Shown here one piece after another: positions 15,568-19,658 of a stretch of DNA of 19,658 nucleotides. Below the pieces are notes generated by a model that was not told the DNA's origin, searched no databases, and saw only the letters and a list, made by a program, of their open reading frames with translations. Source of the stretch: Candidatus Hadarchaeota archaeon (GTDB taxonomy: Archaea > Hadarchaeota > Hadarchaeia > Hadarchaeales > Hadarchaeaceae); the NCBI GenBank assembly GCA_040755315.1, contig JBFMBF010000022.1, positions 1 to 19,658 of the forward strand, given 5' to 3'. A program made the translations under genes and the position numbers. How positions within the stretch are numbered: position 1 is the stretch's first letter; each line of letters starts with the position of its first letter.

Positions 15568-16746
15568 CTACCTTGCGACCTTCCTGGACCTTACAATCTT
15601 GTACAAGATCGGCCCGGCCAAAGTCGTCGTGAGGGTGGTTATCACCATCACGGCGAACAGCTCCTGAGTGAATCCCGCTATGCTGAGCAGCCCAAACTGT
15701 ATCACGGCTAGCTCAAGGGCGCCTCTCGGGATCAGCGCAACGCCTACATCGACCGCCTCCTTCTCGTGCCCGACCAGAGCTGCCGCAGAGCCACAGCCGA
15801 AGAACTTTCCTAAAAAGGCCGCGAGAATCAGCACCGGCAGCAGGATGTAGTTCACGGCCCCCCAGTTCGGAGCAAACTGGAGCCCAACGTAGACGAAAAA
15901 CATCGGAGTCAACAGCGACTGCAATGAACCAGAAACATCCCCCACCACCTTGTTCAATCTGATCGTGCTTTGCAGCGTGACCTTCGGACGCTCGCGCATC
16001 CTTCCTATGAACAGGCCAGCCATGTAGGCGCCTATGATGGCGTGGAGCCCGATCTGCTGGGCGAGAACCGCCAGCGCAAGTGTGAACACCACGACAAACG
16101 CCAGAGGAATGCCCCTGTGCTCAAGCCTCCAGAGGATTTTCATTATATTGCGCTTTATTATCAGCTCATACGAGACGAGGCCGACAAACAGGAAGAACAT
16201 GAGTATGCCGAAAGTGGTCCAAAGTATCCCGATGGCGTCTATCTGCCCCGTTATCGCTATTGACGAAAGAATCCCGAGCATGTAGACGGCCAGGATGTCG
16301 TCGATGAGGGCCGCGCCCACAAAAAGCTGGTGGAGCGGATGCCCTTCGGTGACGCGGGCCACCACCTCCGTCGCCGTGTTGCTCAATGCCGCCGCGACAA
16401 AAAGCGCGGGTATGACTCCATAACCCGCGGCAAACACCACGGAAAAACACAGCACGAAAGAGGCGCCCATGCCGCCAAGCGCGACAACGGTGGCCTTGAA
16501 CTTGACTTTTTTGAACAGGTCAACCCGCGAGTTCATCCCGGACGTCAGCATTAGCATTATCAACCCAAGCATGGCGACAGACTCTATGTAAGCGTCCGGC
16601 CTGAACCAGCCGAGCAGTGCCGGGCCCAAGACGATGCCGACCGCGACCTCCCCTATCATTGGCGAAAACCCATAGCGGTGAAGGGCCTCCCCGATGATCT
16701 TCGCAAAGAGAAGCAGGGTCAGGAGCGGCAACAGGAACTCGAACAT
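15568..16746 (-). CDS. Cation:proton antiporter, CPA2 (NapA-like)
   Basis: GEVAVGIVLGP, ALSNTAT, AALIDD, IIGAYMAGL, PMFFVYVG, GK and PRG motifs. No C-terminal RCK domain. Confidence 0.92.
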   Translation of the reverse strand: MFEFLLPLLTLLLFAKIIGEALHRYGFSPMIGEVAVGIVLGPALLGWFRPDAYIESVAMLGLIMLMLTSGMNSRVDLFKKVKFKATVVALGGMGASFVLCFSVVFAAGYGVIPALFVAAALSNTATEVVARVTEGHPLHQLFVGAALIDDILAVYMLGILSSIAITGQIDAIGILWTTFGILMFFLFVGLVSYELIIKRNIMKILWRLEHRGIPLAFVVVFTLALAVLAQQIGLHAIIGAYMAGLFIGRMRERPKVTLQSTIRLNKVVGDVSGSLQSLLTPMFFVYVGLQFAPNWGAVNYILLPVLILAAFLGKFFGCGSAAALVGHEKEAVDVGVALIPRGALELAVIQFGLLSIAGFTQELFAVMVITTLTTTLAGPILYKIVRSRKVAR

Positions 16747-16750
16747 GGCG

Positions 16751-16996
16751 TCAATAACCCCTCTTCTTGTATTTCACGTTCCCGCCCACTTCTATCGTGA
16801 TTATCCTGTGGTAAGGGATTTCCACCTCTTCCCCCTCAGAAACCACTCGCATGAACCCGCGCCCGAGCTCCAGGATATCCTTGCCCTCGATGACCTTTCT
16901 GTCGGACGGGGCGCCCCTGTGGATTATGGTGACCCTCGCTGCCTTCAGGTCCCTGCTACCCCACTTCAGCCCATTCAAGATATCACGCGGCCTCAT
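16751..16996 (-). CDS. DUF504 / UPF0248 (MJ1316 RNA-end recognition domain) protein
   Basis: RDILN.LKW...IIHRGA...EIPYHRI signature. Confidence 0.88.
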   Translation of the reverse strand: MRPRDILNGLKWGSRDLKAARVTIIHRGAPSDRKVIEGKDILELGRGFMRVVSEGEEVEIPYHRIITIEVGGNVKYKKRGY

Positions 16997-17070
16997 CAAG
17001 AACAGCTGAACTTAACCGCGCGGATATTTGAGCTATTCTGTTCTGAGAGGCGTCTAGTTGTACCAGATTT

Positions 17071-17280
17071 TCAGAACCCAAAATCACCACCGTCGGGAGC
17101 GTCGAACTGCCAGGACCAGTTGTCCGCCCCGTTTTCATCGACGCCGAACAGCCGCCAGTTGCCCCATGTCAGGTTGTCTGCCGAGTAGCGGTACCAGAGC
17201 TCGACGCTTGATGCCGTGCCGCTCGCGCTTGCGGCGGCCGTGAAGGGCGTCTGTTTTCGCCAGAATGATTTACAATTCAT
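17071..17280 (-). pseudogene. Truncated fragment of an Ig-like archaeal surface-protein repeat
   Basis: FWRKQTPFTAAASASG..SVELWYRYSADNLTWGNWRLFGVD...NWSWQFDAPDG, then an early stop. No signal peptide; 69 aa. Confidence 0.55.
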
Positions 17281-18356
17281 CTCCTGCGCCTCGTGATGCG
17301 TTTCAATCCACCACGTCGCTTTGCAAAAACCAATCCGATTGCAACAGCGGCCGCAACAGCGATTAATGATGCGACTATCACAGGGTTCTGGTACCGGGGC
17401 GGCCTGAAGCTGTAGGACCATATCGGCGTGGTGCTTGACGAGTCGAAGAGATAAACGTCTGTAACATTTCCATCTGAATCTGTTGTCGCTGCTGCGATGC
17501 GGCTGCCGTTTGATGATACTGATACATAAGCCACACCGGCAACTGAATATGACCTCAAAAATGACCCATCCGCCAGGCTAAACAAGCTGATGTTATCCAT
17601 ACCAACAATTGTGACGCCGCTGTTTGAAATAGAAACTCCGCGCCCCCACGGCAGGTACAATCTTGGGTTGTTGTCTTCTCGTGTAAAAATGCGTGTAGCC
17701 GCCGATGTTGCAACTGCAATATGTTGGCCGTTTGGTGAGAGCGAACTTAGCACCCAATAGACGTGATTTTCCAGATACTGTTGTATTGGATTGTTATCAA
17801 ATTTGGAAAAAAGATAAGTCGCTTGATCTGTACTAGCCAGCACGTATGCTCCGTTTTCTGATACTGAAAGAGGGGACATGGAAGAAGGTGAGATAGGATA
17901 CGACCGCAATAAATTATCATTACTTATATCGTAAACAAATAGTTCGTCCGCGATGTAAGCCAGATAATTACCATCTGGAGAAAGTGAAATAGAACGAGTG
18001 TCACTTATGTAAGTCCGTATCGGGTTATTGTCAAACTTTTCAAAAACCTTGGCGTACCCTGCTCCGCCACCAACCGCTAAGCGAGACCCATTCGAAGAAA
18101 CAGATGCAAATAACGCAGGGGTGTTTAGATTTATGGTCCATACTAGTTCTTGTTTGGGTGGATTAAAAAGGTAAACTTGGTATTGCAATTTACTAGAGTC
18201 CCAAACTGAAACCGCTATATAATTCCCGTCTGCGGAAATCGCCAGAGGTTTTGTGGGGTATATAGCACTTGCATCAGCGGGCACGGCCAAAATCATGAAA
18301 AAAACTAAACATGCAGAGGTGGCAAAAAATGGAAAACATTTTCTCAATCTGTTCAC
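17277..18356 (-). CDS. Secreted WD40-like beta-propeller with a C-terminal membrane anchor
   Basis: Signal peptide; repeated (I/V/L)S.(D/N)G.(Y/R)(I/L)A blades; C-terminal TM helix plus KRR tail. GTGA overlap with the upstream stop. Confidence 0.85.
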   Translation of the reverse strand: MNRLRKCFPFFATSACLVFFMILAVPADASAIYPTKPLAISADGNYIAVSVWDSSKLQYQVYLFNPPKQELVWTINLNTPALFASVSSNGSRLAVGGGAGYAKVFEKFDNNPIRTYISDTRSISLSPDGNYLAYIADELFVYDISNDNLLRSYPISPSSMSPLSVSENGAYVLASTDQATYLFSKFDNNPIQQYLENHVYWVLSSLSPNGQHIAVATSAATRIFTREDNNPRLYLPWGRGVSISNSGVTIVGMDNISLFSLADGSFLRSYSVAGVAYVSVSSNGSRIAAATTDSDGNVTDVYLFDSSSTTPIWSYSFRPPRYQNPVIVASLIAVAAAVAIGLVFAKRRGGLKRITRRRR

Positions 18357-19658
18357 CTGACTTTTATCGTGCCGCTTCCTTCAAACGGCAACAAATCAAC
18401 GAAGTTTCCACCAATCGTTAGTTTCACGTTACCTGGTTGAAGTAACTTTTGCACAGCCGAGCGGTCGAACTTCACCATAAGCTCCGGCAGCCCGTCAGCG
18501 TCGCGATCGACTAGTTGTTGGTCCTTCACGAACCCGTAGCTGGTACTCGACTCGACCGACACCGCTCCGTTGAGCTTCACACTGTTCGTGTCGATGTCTT
18601 CAGGGTGGCCTTCTGGCAGTTCTATGTACGCGGTTATCCACATGCCCTTGCTCTTCAGATTCAGAGTGTTGGGGTCGATGTCAACAATGGCTGGAACGGC
18701 AAACGGCGTTGGCGCCGTTGGGTTTATATTGATGGTTTCGGTTTTTGATTCCAATCTTGCACCGTTTTCATCGTATCTAATGACTTGAATTTGAGCCGTG
18801 ATTTCAACATTTTCAGGACTAACCCCCATTTCTTCTGCCCACTCCCTCGCAGGCGTGGCGTCCACAACCGCATAGGTTTCCAAACCTTGAGGGACCGCTA
18901 TCCATTCCGGCCCTCCGCCGGAGATATTGCGACTGGTGTACGCATTTTCTATTTCCATGTCGTAAAGTATGTAATCACTATTGTCATATCTTGGCCCGAC
19001 ATGCTTGCCATCTGGCGTGTAGACATGCAAATCAACATCGAAACTCTTGCTGGTTGGAGGTGCCTCTGACGAAAATCTTGGGCCTTTCACGCTTATTCCC
19101 GCGATGGAATAAATTACAAGTGGTTGAGACGGCACATAACTCGCCACTTCCACATCTACGTAAGATGTGCCAACATTGGTGACTCTGAATACCACGCCAG
19201 CATTGACGTCGGAGTAAAATTCTCCGTTCACCAGCGTAACCCTGTTGTGGTCATCCCACCACCAAGCGTGGGCCGGGACGGTGAAAATCTTCTCTGTCCC
19301 ACGCTCCTTTTTGTACAGCAAAAGCCCGGCATCAGGCTTTAGCGGGTAGTTTACGCCTGCCCAAGGGTCTTCCTGCATAACACCGTCTGCCGGACGCCTG
19401 GCTTCAAACAGGTATTCGTCTGATGAACCCAACAAAACAGGATGTTTGAGCGCTTCATCTTGATATCTTTGATGTTCGACGAACTTGACCTGCCAAATGC
19501 CAGAAGGAATGTACCTTTCTTTCAGCCATGCTGCCTTCTCCGATAATTTGTTGTAAGACATTACTGGCGGCGGCGGATTTATTATTGAAAACTTGGGTAG
19601 AATTACTGACTCAGGGACAAGTTGGTGCCCCATCAAGCCCCAATAATGAATGTCTCCT
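18353..19658 (-). CDS. M6 (immune inhibitor A-like) metalloprotease, C-terminal part; 5' end outside the window
   Basis: The frame is open to the window edge and reads GDIHYWGLMG (Met-turn), P..MSYNK...AW, EYLFEARR and PDAGLLLY. These are followed by a DVDLHV..PDG domain and a DIDPNTLNLKSKG..KFDR C-terminal domain. The HExxH motif is not in the window. Confidence 0.65.
   Translation of the reverse strand, partial: GDIHYWGLMGHQLVPESVILPKFSIINPPPPVMSYNKLSEKAAWLKERYIPSGIWQVKFVEHQRYQDEALKHPVLLGSSDEYLFEARRPADGVMQEDPWAGVNYPLKPDAGLLLYKKERGTEKIFTVPAHAWWWDDHNRVTLVNGEFYSDVNAGVVFRVTNVGTSYVDVEVASYVPSQPLVIYSIAGISVKGPRFSSEAPPTSKSFDVDLHVYTPDGKHVGPRYDNSDYILYDMEIENAYTSRNISGGGPEWIAVPQGLETYAVVDATPAREWAEEMGVSPENVEITAQIQVIRYDENGARLESKTETININPTAPTPFAVPAIVDIDPNTLNLKSKGMWITAYIELPEGHPEDIDTNSVKLNGAVSVESSTSYGFVKDQQLVDRDADGLPELMVKFDRSAVQKLLQPGNVKLTIGGNFVDLLPFEGSGTIKVR

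Noticed and set aside
16694..17188. 164-aa + strand ORF
   Set aside because: Antisense to the antiporter, DUF504 and the pseudogene fragment, with no motif.

Overview
This is an archaeal chromosomal window, shown by BHB-intron tRNAs, TATA-type promoters and class III signal peptides. The overall style suggests an uncultured lineage such as Hadarchaeota, which is an inference. At the left end are the start of a Zn-ribbon gene cut by the window edge and a hicB-hicA toxin-antitoxin pair. That pair lies on a ~0.7-kb islet bounded by tRNA-Ile(GAT) and a 16-bp copy of its 3' end. Next come a small CxxC-x17-CxxC gene with a structured 5' leader, a two-intron tRNA-Arg(GCG), purH, an EamA transporter and an intron-containing tRNA-Gly(TCC) with atypical C33 and C55. 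The middle holds a large surface protein with a papain-like Cys-His-Asp motif set and a YfaP/DUF2135-like domain, a four-gene Trk K+ operon with two extra membrane proteins, two membrane-protein genes, and a six-gene type IV pilin-like operon with no assembly genes in the window. The right end has a hypothetical gene, a CPA2 antiporter, a DUF504/MJ1316 gene, a surface-protein remnant, a beta-propeller gene and the 3' part of an M6-like metalloprotease. All calls come from reading the sequence by eye; no searches were run.
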